DNA from: Litoribrevibacter euphylliae
GTDB taxonomy: Bacteria; Pseudomonadota; Gammaproteobacteria; Pseudomonadales; Litoribrevibacteraceae
Length of the DNA: 64,000 nt
NCBI RefSeq assembly: GCF_042646085.1
Contig: NZ_JBHRSZ010000004.1
Location: 136,798-200,797 of the forward strand
Direction: 5' to 3'
The notes under the pieces were generated by a model. The model made no database searches, was not told where the DNA came from, and was given only the letters and a program-made list of their open reading frames with translations. The number at the start of each line of letters is the position of its first letter. Position 1 is the first letter of the stretch. Both the position numbers and the translations under genes were made by a program. Below, one piece after another: positions 1 to 8,221 of the stretch.

Positions 1-378
1 AATGTAGAGCACATCATTAAGCTGTTGGCAGAGCTGCAAGAAATGGGCATAAAAATCTCCATTGATGATTTTGGTACCGGATATTCGTCATTGAATTATC
101 TTCGTCGATTGCCTATTGATGCCTTAAAAATTGATATGTCTTTTGTACGTGCTCTGCATGAAGGAGAACAAAGCCAGGCCATTGTGAAGGCGATTGTAAG
201 CTTGTCAGAAATTCTTGGATTGACCGTGATTGCCGAAGGTGTAGAAACCGAAGAACAGCTTGAATTCTTAAAAGGACTGGAGTGCGATTTCATCCAAGGT
301 TATTACTACAGTAAACCCTTGGATGAAACGAAAGCTGAAGCATATTTAGTTGACTTCAAAAAGCAGTATTCAAACTAA
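1..378 (+). CDS. EAL-domain c-di-GMP phosphodiesterase, C-terminal fragment; the 5-prime end lies outside the window
   Basis: The reading frame is open from nt 1 (NVEHIIKLLAELQEMGIKISIDDFGTGYSSLNYLRRLPIDALKIDMSFV...), which is a typical EAL-domain C-terminus. It stops at 376-378, convergent with bluB. Confidence 0.8.
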   Translation, partial: NVEHIIKLLAELQEMGIKISIDDFGTGYSSLNYLRRLPIDALKIDMSFVRALHEGEQSQAIVKAIVSLSEILGLTVIAEGVETEEQLEFLKGLECDFIQGYYYSKPLDETKAEAYLVDFKKQYSN

Positions 379-379
379 T

Positions 380-1123
380 TTAAAAATTAGTAGGAAAGCT
401 TTCCAACGCTTGAAGGGTTTCAAGCAGTTGTTCTTGTTCGCTGGTACTGGCTTCGCCTTGCCATTGCTCAAAGTTTACGAGCTCTGAAAGGTTCATCCGG
501 GGTAGCCAACCTTTGGTTTCCAGTTCTGGCTTGTCTTTAAAATGTTCCACGTATCCGATACACAGATAAGCGATGGGCACCACGTGTTCAGGAATATTCA
601 GGGTGTCTTTTAGTTCTTGCTCATGCATGATACTCACCCAGCCAACACCTAAGCCCTCTGCACGGGCTGCTAACCACAGGTTTTGCACCGCACACACCGA
701 GCTGTAGAGATCCATGGTTTTCATGTGCGTTCGACCCAACACAGGTTTGCCTGTACGGGTTCGGTCGCAGGTGATACAGAGGTTAATGGGCGACTCTAAG
801 ATTCCTTCCAGCTTTAGGCTTTTATAAGCCGTTTGTTTCTCGCCTTCAAACATTTCGGCCGCTTCACGATTGGCTTTGCTGAACAGTTGATGAACCTGTT
901 GTTTTTTCTCTTGTGAACGAATCACCAGGAAGTTCCACGGCTGCATGAAGCCTACCGAAGGCGCATGGTGGGCAGCATAGAGCACTCGTGCTAACACCTC
1001 ATCGGCCACGGGTGTCGAAGTAAATTGGCCGCGTACGTCTCGGCGGTTAAATACGGTTTTGTAAAGCGCAGCGCGTTCTGCATCGGCGAAACGATGTCGC
1101 TCTGTTAAAGCGTCGGATTCCAT
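380..1123 (-). CDS. bluB: 5,6-dimethylbenzimidazole synthase BluB (nitroreductase-fold, O2-dependent)
   Basis: The 248-aa product is nitroreductase-like (RHRFADAERAALYKTVFNRRDVRGQF...SVGFMQPWNFLVI). It has BluB length and motifs, sits in the B12 lower-ligand locus and lies just downstream of a cobalamin riboswitch. Start chosen at MESDALTERH (1123) rather than the ORF-track 1180. Confidence 0.75.
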   Translation of the reverse strand: MESDALTERHRFADAERAALYKTVFNRRDVRGQFTSTPVADEVLARVLYAAHHAPSVGFMQPWNFLVIRSQEKKQQVHQLFSKANREAAEMFEGEKQTAYKSLKLEGILESPINLCITCDRTRTGKPVLGRTHMKTMDLYSSVCAVQNLWLAARAEGLGVGWVSIMHEQELKDTLNIPEHVVPIAYLCIGYVEHFKDKPELETKGWLPRMNLSELVNFEQWQGEASTSEQEQLLETLQALESFPTNF

Positions 1124-1180
1124 AGTAGTCCCCTTCAATGGAATGTACGCGTAGGGTCCAACTACAGCGTAGTTACACAA

Positions 1181-1415
1181 TCAGGCCGGTCTACTGACTG
1201 AGGGTCATCCTTATACATCGCCTTCCCAGACGCTCAGTTGAGTTGGTCCAGTGGCTTGGTTTTTCCGATACTATTGTTTTTCGAAACCAGAGTTCTTCGA
1301 AGTCAGTGGCTTTTCGATAATAGTTCGATAGAAACCGTGACGTATAAGTCACCATCACAGGGCTGGGCGCGTTCCGGATTGTCACCGGATTCCCGATTCT
1401 CCCTTGGTGAAGCTG
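1181..1415 (-). promoter_or_regulatory. Cobalamin (B12) riboswitch in the bluB leader
   Basis: The minus strand reads GAGAATCGGGAATCCGGTGACAATCCGGAACGCGCCCAGCCCTGTGATGG, i.e. GGGAA/GGTGAnAATCC/GCCC..CTGT core elements. A B12-box AGTCAGTAGACCGGCCTGA lies at 1183-1199, about 60 nt before the bluB ATG. The same GACCGGCCTGA box is found in the second riboswitch at 7070-7090. Confidence 0.8.
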
Positions 1416-1614
1416 CGTTCATAATGATTATTTTTCATTACAGCGACTGCTTTACACCTTGGGCACCTGACGTTTTGGAAGAGGTTATAGGAGTTAATTA
1501 CCAGATGGTCAAGGAGAATTCCCAGGGAATAAGTTGACCTGCTTTCCTGTCAGCCGATAAAGTGGCAGCCTCTTTATTCACTCTTCTTTATTCTTAAGGT
1601 TGTAAGGGAAGGCC

Positions 1615-2163
1615 GTGCTAGAACTTATTTTAGGGGGTGCTCGTTCCGGAAAAAGCCGTTTGGCCGAAGAGCGCGCGTTGGCTTCGGGCAAGCAACTTAT
1701 TTATCTGGCTACCGCAGAAACCCGAGATCGAGAAATGTCCGAGCGCGTAAAACTGCATCAGCAAAGACGATCAGATGATTGGGCATTGATCGAAGAGCCG
1801 CTTCGATTGGCTGAAACCTTGAAACAGCACAGTCGAGCCGATAATTGCATTCTGGTGGATTGTTTAACCTTGTGGCTGACCAACTGTTTGTTGCAGTCAG
1901 ACCAGCAATCCAAAAACATTCAACAAGACCAAGTTTGGCAATCTGAGCGAGCCAAGCTTATGGACACTCTGAATGATTTGCCTGGCGATGTAATCTTCGT
2001 TAGTAATGAAGTCGGACAAGGAGTAGTGCCGATGGGCGAGTTGTCCCGTAAATTTGTGGACGAAGCCGGTTGGTTACATCAAGATTTAGCGAAGATGTGT
2101 GACTCGGTTGTCTTCGTGGTGGCGGGCTTGCCTCAATTTCTCAAAACATCCCAAAGTTCTTAA
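1615..2163 (+). CDS. cobU: Adenosylcobinamide kinase / adenosylcobinamide-phosphate guanylyltransferase CobU (CobP)
   Basis: GTG start. MLELILGGARSGKSRLAE P-loop; 182 aa; first gene of the cobUTCS-like operon. Confidence 0.9.
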   Translation: MLELILGGARSGKSRLAEERALASGKQLIYLATAETRDREMSERVKLHQQRRSDDWALIEEPLRLAETLKQHSRADNCILVDCLTLWLTNCLLQSDQQSKNIQQDQVWQSERAKLMDTLNDLPGDVIFVSNEVGQGVVPMGELSRKFVDEAGWLHQDLAKMCDSVVFVVAGLPQFLKTSQSS

Positions 2164-2207
2164 ACCAACTTTTTCACTTTCTTAATTTATTATCAAAGGA
2201 TCGGATT

Positions 2208-3278
2208 ATGACTGCCTGGTGGACACACGCGATTCAACAGCCTAACGCAGAACAACGTGAGCAAGCATCGGCTCATCAAAATCAGCTGACTAAGCCACCT
2301 GGATCATTGGGGCAGTTAGAAGACATCGCGATTCAATTAGCCGCTAATCAGAACACTTTGAATCCGAAGGTCGATAACGTCGCCATTCGTGTCTTTGCGG
2401 GCGATCACGGTGTGGTGGCAGAAGGCGTATCCGCCTTTCCACAAGCCGTGACGGTGGAAATGATTAAAAACTTCTGTGCTGGTGGCGCCGCCATCAGTGT
2501 GCTGGCGAAAGAGCAGGGTGCGGATTTTAAAGTGGTCAATGTGGGTGCAGCGTCTCCGGTTCAGGATCATCCGAAACTGATCAATCAACCTGTAGCCGCA
2601 GGAACAAAAAATTTCTGCCAGCAAGCCGCCATGAGTCAAGCACAGTTTGAAGCAGCGTTTGAACTGGGTAAGTCGATAGCGGATCAAGCTCATCAAGAAG
2701 GCATGGATCTATTCATTGGCGGTGAAATGGGTATTGGTAATACCACAGCGGCGTCTGCAATAGCGGCTTCTTTAATCGACCTTGAATCAGGTATGGAACA
2801 GCAGATCCAGGATCTGGTTGGCCGTGGCACTGGCGTTGACGATGAGGGCTTGAAGCTCAAACAACAAGCGGTATTAAACGCTCTGACCTTGCATAAACAT
2901 GCTAAAGGCGATGCGATTGAGACGCTAAAAACCATGGGCGGCTTTGAAATCGTAGCCTTAGCGGGTGCGTATCTTCGTTGTGGCCAGTTAGGCGTAACCG
3001 TTTTGGTGGATGGGTTTATCTGTTCCGTCGCTGCGTTGGCGGCGCTTAGCATCAATGAGGCACTTAGACCTTGGTTGATCTTTGCGCATCAGTCCCAAGA
3101 GTCCGGGCACTGCAAAGTGCTGCAAGCGCTGGATGCTAAGCCCTTGTTAAGTTTGGGAATGCGTTTAGGTGAAGCCAGTGGCGCGGCAATGGCCTTACCT
3201 GTTTTGAAACTGGCATGTTCTCTTCATAATTCCATGGCAACCTTTGCGTCTGCAGGTGTGAGCAATTCTGGTGAGTGA
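2208..3278 (+). CDS. cobT: Nicotinate-nucleotide--dimethylbenzimidazole phosphoribosyltransferase CobT
   Basis: 356 aa with GGEMGIGNTTAASAIAASL, the CobT signature. Confidence 0.9.
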   Translation: MTAWWTHAIQQPNAEQREQASAHQNQLTKPPGSLGQLEDIAIQLAANQNTLNPKVDNVAIRVFAGDHGVVAEGVSAFPQAVTVEMIKNFCAGGAAISVLAKEQGADFKVVNVGAASPVQDHPKLINQPVAAGTKNFCQQAAMSQAQFEAAFELGKSIADQAHQEGMDLFIGGEMGIGNTTAASAIAASLIDLESGMEQQIQDLVGRGTGVDDEGLKLKQQAVLNALTLHKHAKGDAIETLKTMGGFEIVALAGAYLRCGQLGVTVLVDGFICSVAALAALSINEALRPWLIFAHQSQESGHCKVLQALDAKPLLSLGMRLGEASGAAMALPVLKLACSLHNSMATFASAGVSNSGE

Positions 3279-3392
3279 TTTAGCGGCTCTTGGTTTACTG
3301 GTTAAAGGGCAATGGAACTCTCAAATGTGGAATTCTCAAATTCAGCGAAACCCTGCTAATGCTTCTATGATATGGAGTGTGGAGGGTTGCTT

Positions 3393-4025
3393 ATGACGCA
3401 AACCACAAGAGTTGATCTCTTGCGACATGGCGAATGCGAAGGTGCTCAGTCTATTTACCGCGGCATTATCGACAGCCCATTAAGTAAAAAAGGCTGGGAA
3501 ACTCTGGATAATGCCATCGCGTCTGTTGAGACGGATTGGGATGTGATCATTACTTCGCCAAAACAACGGTGTAAGCGTTATGCCATGGCCCTGGCGGAAG
3601 AGTTAAAAAAGCCTTTTGAAATCGATACCGGGTTTCGGGAAATCAATTTTGGCCGTTGGGAAGGCTTAACCTTTAAGGACGTGTGGAAAGCTGAGTCAGA
3701 TAACGTGACGGCCTTTTATACTCAGCCTGACAGCAATCCTCATGGTGGTGAATCTGTTGCTCAGATGACGCAGCGGGTCAACGCGGCTTGGTCAAAGATG
3801 TTGGCGCGTCATCAAGGGAAACGCATATTGCTGGTCAATCATGGTGGCATCATACGCGTGTTGTTGTCTGAGCTACTCTCGATTCCTATGTCGTCGGTAT
3901 CCAAGATGGAGGTCCCATACGGCTGCCTGACACGCTTCTTAATGTTCGCCAATGACAAAGACGGTGAGCAAGAGGGGAATCAGGAATATCACCCAATGAT
4001 GGCGTTTCATAACAAAGCCGGCTGA
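3393..4025 (+). CDS. cobC: Alpha-ribazole-5-phosphate phosphatase CobC (histidine phosphatase family)
   Basis: RHGECEG catalytic motif (RHG) of phosphoglycerate-mutase-like phosphatases. Positioned between cobT and cobS. Confidence 0.75.
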   Translation: MTQTTRVDLLRHGECEGAQSIYRGIIDSPLSKKGWETLDNAIASVETDWDVIITSPKQRCKRYAMALAEELKKPFEIDTGFREINFGRWEGLTFKDVWKAESDNVTAFYTQPDSNPHGGESVAQMTQRVNAAWSKMLARHQGKRILLVNHGGIIRVLLSELLSIPMSSVSKMEVPYGCLTRFLMFANDKDGEQEGNQEYHPMMAFHNKAG

Positions 4026-4067
4026 ATTGGTTTTTTATTGCCGAAAATACGTAAGAAAAGGACGCAT

Positions 4068-4823
4068 ATGAACCTCAAACCTTTCTGGGTTGCACTTCAA
4101 TTCTTCACTTTATTACCAACTCCACATCTCAAACAGATAGACAATAAAGACCTTGCCGACTCGGTGCTCTGGTATCCGCTGGTGGGGGCTGTCATTGGAG
4201 CGATTTTGTGGGCTTTAGCGGCCTTATTGATGCCTTGGTTTTCTTCACTGGTCGTTGCTGGAATCGTCTTGTTAGCCTGGGTGGCGATTACCGGTGCTTT
4301 GCATTTGGATGGCTTGGCTGATTGTGCCGATGCCTGGATGGGCGGTTTTGGTTCCAAAGAGCGTACTTTGGAAATCATGAAAGACCCGGTCAGTGGCCCA
4401 ATCGCGGTGTGCGTGTTGATGACTTGCTTACTGCTCAAATTCGCCTTGATTGAAAGTCTGCTAAGCAGTGGTTTTGTGTTTGGCTTGATGGTGATCCCGG
4501 TCATTGGACGATTATCAGCAGTACTGTTATTGCTAACGACGGAATACGTGCGTGAAGGCGGCTTGGGGGACGCCTTGAGCCAGCAACTTGATGCCTCCAA
4601 AGCCTGGGGCATTGTCATCGTATTGGCGTTGGTGACATTGGTTATTCAACCTGTATTAGCACTGTGTTTGTTCACGGTGTCATTGGTTGTTTTTATGGCA
4701 TGGCGACAGCGAATGATTCAACGCATTGATGGCTGCACCGGCGATACGTTAGGAGCCATGATTGAATTGGTGGAGCTGGCCGCGCTGTTTGGTGTGGCGC
4801 TGTTTATTGGTTTTACGGGATAA
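4068..4823 (+). CDS. cobS: Adenosylcobinamide-GDP ribazoletransferase (cobalamin synthase) CobS
   Basis: Polytopic membrane protein with ALHLDGLADCADA, the CobS motif. Start taken at MNLKPFW. Confidence 0.85.
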   Translation: MNLKPFWVALQFFTLLPTPHLKQIDNKDLADSVLWYPLVGAVIGAILWALAALLMPWFSSLVVAGIVLLAWVAITGALHLDGLADCADAWMGGFGSKERTLEIMKDPVSGPIAVCVLMTCLLLKFALIESLLSSGFVFGLMVIPVIGRLSAVLLLLTTEYVREGGLGDALSQQLDASKAWGIVIVLALVTLVIQPVLALCLFTVSLVVFMAWRQRMIQRIDGCTGDTLGAMIELVELAALFGVALFIGFTG

Positions 4824-4830
4824 CGGCATC

Positions 4831-5148
4831 ATGAGTGATGTGTTAATCGACCATCTTTTCTCACTGTTGGTGGACAGCTCAAAACCAGACTCTTGGCAAC
4901 GTATTCTTAATGATCAAGAGTCTGGTAAATCTGAAGAGGTCAAATGGGAAGATGGACTGTTTTCCTTTACTCTGAAAGGGCTCCATCAAATGGTTCAAAC
5001 GATTTATGACGTTGAATTTAAAGATTTTCAGCAGCGTTTATATGCCGGTAATCTCAATGAACGACTTACTGAGGTGGGGTTGTCTGTGGTAGTGCATCAA
5101 TCGACCGGGAAGGTCGCGAGCAATTGGTATCAGGTCAAAACGCTCTGA
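4831..5148 (+). CDS. Hypothetical 105-aa protein trailing cobS
   Basis: ORF starting at MSDVLIDHLF, 8 nt after the cobS stop. No recognisable motifs. Possibly co-transcribed with cobUTCS. Confidence 0.45.
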   Translation: MSDVLIDHLFSLLVDSSKPDSWQRILNDQESGKSEEVKWEDGLFSFTLKGLHQMVQTIYDVEFKDFQQRLYAGNLNERLTEVGLSVVVHQSTGKVASNWYQVKTL

Positions 5149-5150
5149 TG

Positions 5151-5687
5151 TTAAAAGTCAGAGTTTCCCAACGCGGCTATGAACTGACTTGCCTCCTTGG
5201 GAGATTTGACTCTGACAAATCGGATATGAGCATACTCATCAGAGTTCATTATTGCTTGATACTTTTGTTTGTTCTTTTTGTAGTTTGTGATAGTCCAAAG
5301 AATAATTGAGTCTTTGGTGAAGAGTTTCTTAAAGGATTCTTTGTTACCCGTTCCTTCCCATAATTCTACTTTAGTTGTGGCACGAACTAATGCCCGTTTA
5401 AAGGCTTGCAGTAAGGTTCTTGGGTAAGAAAAATCCACCCATACAACAAGGTCAACGTGTTTCCATTTAATCGGTGTCGTTCTGGTGAAATTGCCATCTA
5501 GAACCCAGGATTCCTGAGCCAGCGCGTGTTCCAATTTGGAATTGAATTCTTCGTCGGTCGATTCAGTCCAATTAGGTTTCCAGAACAAGTAATCCATCTC
5601 GATATGAGGGATATTCAACGCGTTTGATATGTGTTTGCTTAATGTGGATTTACCACTTCCACTGGTTCCTACAACATTAATTTTCAT
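5151..5687 (-). CDS. Small P-loop NTPase/kinase (adenylate-kinase-like, topology-modulation FlaR-like family)
   Basis: MKINVVGTSGSGKSTLSKHIS Walker A; 178 aa. Paralog of the gene at 20449-20967. Confidence 0.7.
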   Translation of the reverse strand: MKINVVGTSGSGKSTLSKHISNALNIPHIEMDYLFWKPNWTESTDEEFNSKLEHALAQESWVLDGNFTRTTPIKWKHVDLVVWVDFSYPRTLLQAFKRALVRATTKVELWEGTGNKESFKKLFTKDSIILWTITNYKKNKQKYQAIMNSDEYAHIRFVRVKSPKEASQFIAALGNSDF

Positions 5688-5842
5688 ACATCACTCTATG
5701 TATTTTTCGGGTTTATTAAAGAAGTGAGAATATGATCTTCCCATCGTCCGTTGATCTTTAGGTAGGCCGTTTAGGTTCCTATTTACTAAGATGACTTTGG
5801 TTTGTCCTGTAAAATTCCGCAATCAGTACTGTGATCAGAAAT

Positions 5843-6691
5843 TTAACTTAAAAACTTATTTATCTTGTTAACCCATAATGCAGGACTCTCTAGATGAGCA
5901 AGGTGACCGGCATTTTCAATTATGGCTAGTTCAGAGGTTTCGAGGCGTTTGTGTAACCGACGAGCAACTGACAAAGGAAATCTCAAATCTTTCGCTCCGT
6001 GGAGTATTAGAACGTCTTTTCCTGACGCCTTGATTGTCTCAGGTGCTGAAAGTTTTGGGGCGGCCATCTTACCTGCACGATGTGCGTTTAGCCACTCAGT
6101 AGAAAAGGTTATTTTGGAAATAATGTCTTTAATCTTATTCAGTTTGGAAAGGTCATACACATCCAGTGCAATACTTTTTAAGGCGAGAGACTTACTGGGT
6201 TCGTCCTTCGTTATTGGAAAAACTTTGAATGCTTGAGAGATGAATTCTTGGAGTTCAGGCGTGCATCGCTCTTGATAATCGTTATTGAGTTCAAGTTCTT
6301 CCTGAAAATCATTAAATGCTGTTGTCGAAGCAAGGATGAGTTTATTCACCTGATGGGGTGTATTCTTCAATAGGTGTATGGAAATAACTCCGCCAAAAGA
6401 GAAACCGAGAATGTCACAGGTCGATATATTGTAGGCAGACAGAACGCATTTAATATCAGATAGAACATTGCTCATGGAGTAAGCATTCGCCGCATCAAAC
6501 TTTGAAGACCTGCCACATCCTCTGAGATCAAATAATATCACTCTGCGTGTTTTTGAAAGACGGTTTGCTGCGGGCAATAAGTAGGTGTGATCCCAATCTG
6601 GGCCACCGTGAATTATCAGAAGAGGGATACCTTTATTTTCTTCACCAAGCGCTTTTGTGTAGATGTACCCATCTTTTATCTGAACATTCAT
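5843..6691 (-). CDS. Alpha/beta-hydrolase fold protein (proline iminopeptidase-like)
   Basis: IIHGGPDWDH oxyanion region and GFSFGG nucleophile elbow; 282 aa. Confidence 0.75.
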   Translation of the reverse strand: MNVQIKDGYIYTKALGEENKGIPLLIIHGGPDWDHTYLLPAANRLSKTRRVILFDLRGCGRSSKFDAANAYSMSNVLSDIKCVLSAYNISTCDILGFSFGGVISIHLLKNTPHQVNKLILASTTAFNDFQEELELNNDYQERCTPELQEFISQAFKVFPITKDEPSKSLALKSIALDVYDLSKLNKIKDIISKITFSTEWLNAHRAGKMAAPKLSAPETIKASGKDVLILHGAKDLRFPLSVARRLHKRLETSELAIIENAGHLAHLESPALWVNKINKFLS

Positions 6692-6879
6692 GCTTTATGG
6701 ATTTCCAATGGCGAACTGATCAGGCGATGATATTGGGTATTGATGAATAAATAAATTTCCATGGTTTTTTCTTCCGTATTTGATTTGAAGTTGGAAGTTG
6801 CACTTATTATCTGAATTCAGGCAAGAGCTTTAGCATCTCCCTAGCTTTCACCCGCCATATACATTACTATCCCTGCTGC

Positions 6880-7095
6880 TCAGGTGCCTGATGCTTCATC
6901 AAGTTTAAGCGATTGATGCAGAAGGATAATCGGGAAGTATGGTATGTACAGAGATTTTAATGCAGTACTGACTCCATCGCTGCCCCCGCAACGGTACAAG
7001 AGTTACTTGTTCGACCACTGACTTTTAGTTGGGAAGGTTAAGCAAACACAGCTTCTATAAGCTACTCTTAGAGCCCGGAGACCGGCCTGAAATTC
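6880..7095 (+). promoter_or_regulatory. Cobalamin (B12) riboswitch in the cbtB leader
   Basis: ATAATCGGGAAG ... GCTGCCCCCGCAACGGTA ... B12-box AGAGCCCGGAGACCGGCCTGA (7070-7090), about 45 nt upstream of the cbtB ATG. Confidence 0.85.
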
Positions 7096-7134
7096 CATAC
7101 AATAACCATTGCACGGTGGGTGCAGGAGAAGAAA

Positions 7135-7320
7135 ATGACCACTCAAGTTTCTAGTGCTCAGCACGCGAAAACTCACGTTAAAGTTTCATCGTTGGCTCAA
7201 ACAGCCGCAGCCGTTATTTTCGGTGCAGTTGTTTTATTTGCGGTTGGTTTCCTTCCAACTGACGCAGCGCACAACGCAGCGCACGATACGCGTCACGCAA
7301 TGGCGTTCCCTTGCCACTAA
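7135..7320 (+). CDS. cbtB: Cobalt transporter subunit CbtB
   Basis: About 61 aa with a single TM helix and a His-rich tail (AAHNAAHDTRHAMAFPCH). RBS AGGAGAAG upstream. Immediately followed by cbtA. Confidence 0.75.
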   Translation: MTTQVSSAQHAKTHVKVSSLAQTAAAVIFGAVVLFAVGFLPTDAAHNAAHDTRHAMAFPCH

Positions 7321-7429
7321 GGTTGTTGTTTTAAAACACAAATCAACACATTGTATTGTATAGATCCTAATCCTGTTCGGATTGGGCTTTTGTGCGTTCT
7401 GATTTCACTCGATCAATGAGCTTTAACCC

Positions 7430-8221
7430 ATGTTATTTCGCAGAATTATTTTAAACGCCTTACTGGTTGGCGTCGTAGCCAGTTTCGTATTCAGCCTTCT
7501 TCAAGTTTATGTTGTTAATCCGATTATCTTTGCTTCTGAAACTTATGAAGTACCGGAAGAAGCGGCACCGGTAGCCGATCATCATCATGGAGAAGAGGCC
7601 GCTGGACACAGTCACTCCCATCATCATGATGAAGAAGCCTGGGCACCGGAAGATGGTATTGAACGAACCGCCTATACCATGTCGGCTAATGTATTTGCAG
7701 GTATTGGTTATGCTGCAATTTTGCTGGCCGTGATGAGTCAGTTGTCGTTACAAGGGCTAACGCGTGTCAGTGTATTGAAAGGTGTTGCCTGGGGCTTGGG
7801 CGGCTTTATCGTGTTCTTTGGTGCGCCAGCGATTGGCATTCCGCCAGAAATTCCTGGTATTGAAGCGGCTCCCGTGGAGCATCGTCAATTGTGGTGGATG
7901 TTGGCTGCCGGGGCGGTTGCAGTGGGCTTGTTGGTATTGGCTTTTGCGCCGCTTAAATTCAAAGCGTTGGGTTTGGTTGCCATTGCGATTCCATACCTTG
8001 TTTCCGCTCCGCATCCGGAAGGTCCGGCTTTTAGCCACCCAGATCCAGCAGCGGTTGTTGCTTTGACAGACCTTCACCAGCAGTTCATTGTAACTACGTC
8101 TGTCTCTAACTTGTTGTTCTGGTTAGTCATGGGTGTCATGAGCGCTTGGGTATTGAACCGTTGGGTGCTGACACCAAGTGTTTTGAAAGGTCTTGGTCAG
8201 GATGAAACCGCAAACGCTTAA
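7430..8221 (+). CDS. cbtA: Cobalt transporter subunit CbtA
   Basis: Multi-TM protein with a His-rich loop HHHGEEAAGHSHSHHHDEE, typical of CbtA. Confidence 0.8.
   Translation: MLFRRIILNALLVGVVASFVFSLLQVYVVNPIIFASETYEVPEEAAPVADHHHGEEAAGHSHSHHHDEEAWAPEDGIERTAYTMSANVFAGIGYAAILLAVMSQLSLQGLTRVSVLKGVAWGLGGFIVFFGAPAIGIPPEIPGIEAAPVEHRQLWWMLAAGAVAVGLLVLAFAPLKFKALGLVAIAIPYLVSAPHPEGPAFSHPDPAAVVALTDLHQQFIVTTSVSNLLFWLVMGVMSAWVLNRWVLTPSVLKGLGQDETANA

Noticed and set aside
1191-1537. ORF-track ORFs 1191-1385 (-) and 1238-1537 (+)
   Set aside because: They lie entirely within the bluB riboswitch and divergent promoter region. They have no RBS and are low-complexity translations of structured RNA.
1440-1614. 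Possible third B12 riboswitch on the plus strand upstream of cobU (ATAGGAG...GGTCAAGGAGAATTCC...CCTGCTTTCCTGT...AGTGGCAGCC)
   Set aside because: There is only weak resemblance to the core, and no B12-box of the AGYCMGGAGACCKGCC type. It is probably just the cobU promoter or leader. An Infernal search would settle it.
2337-3055. Antisense ORFs 2337-2696 (-) and 2693-3055 (-)
   Set aside because: They are embedded antisense in the well-supported cobT gene.
8193-8201. TTG start at 8193 for the ChlI/ChlD gene
   Set aside because: The in-frame ATG at 8202 (MKPQTLKF) is the more likely start. Either choice overlaps the end of cbtA.
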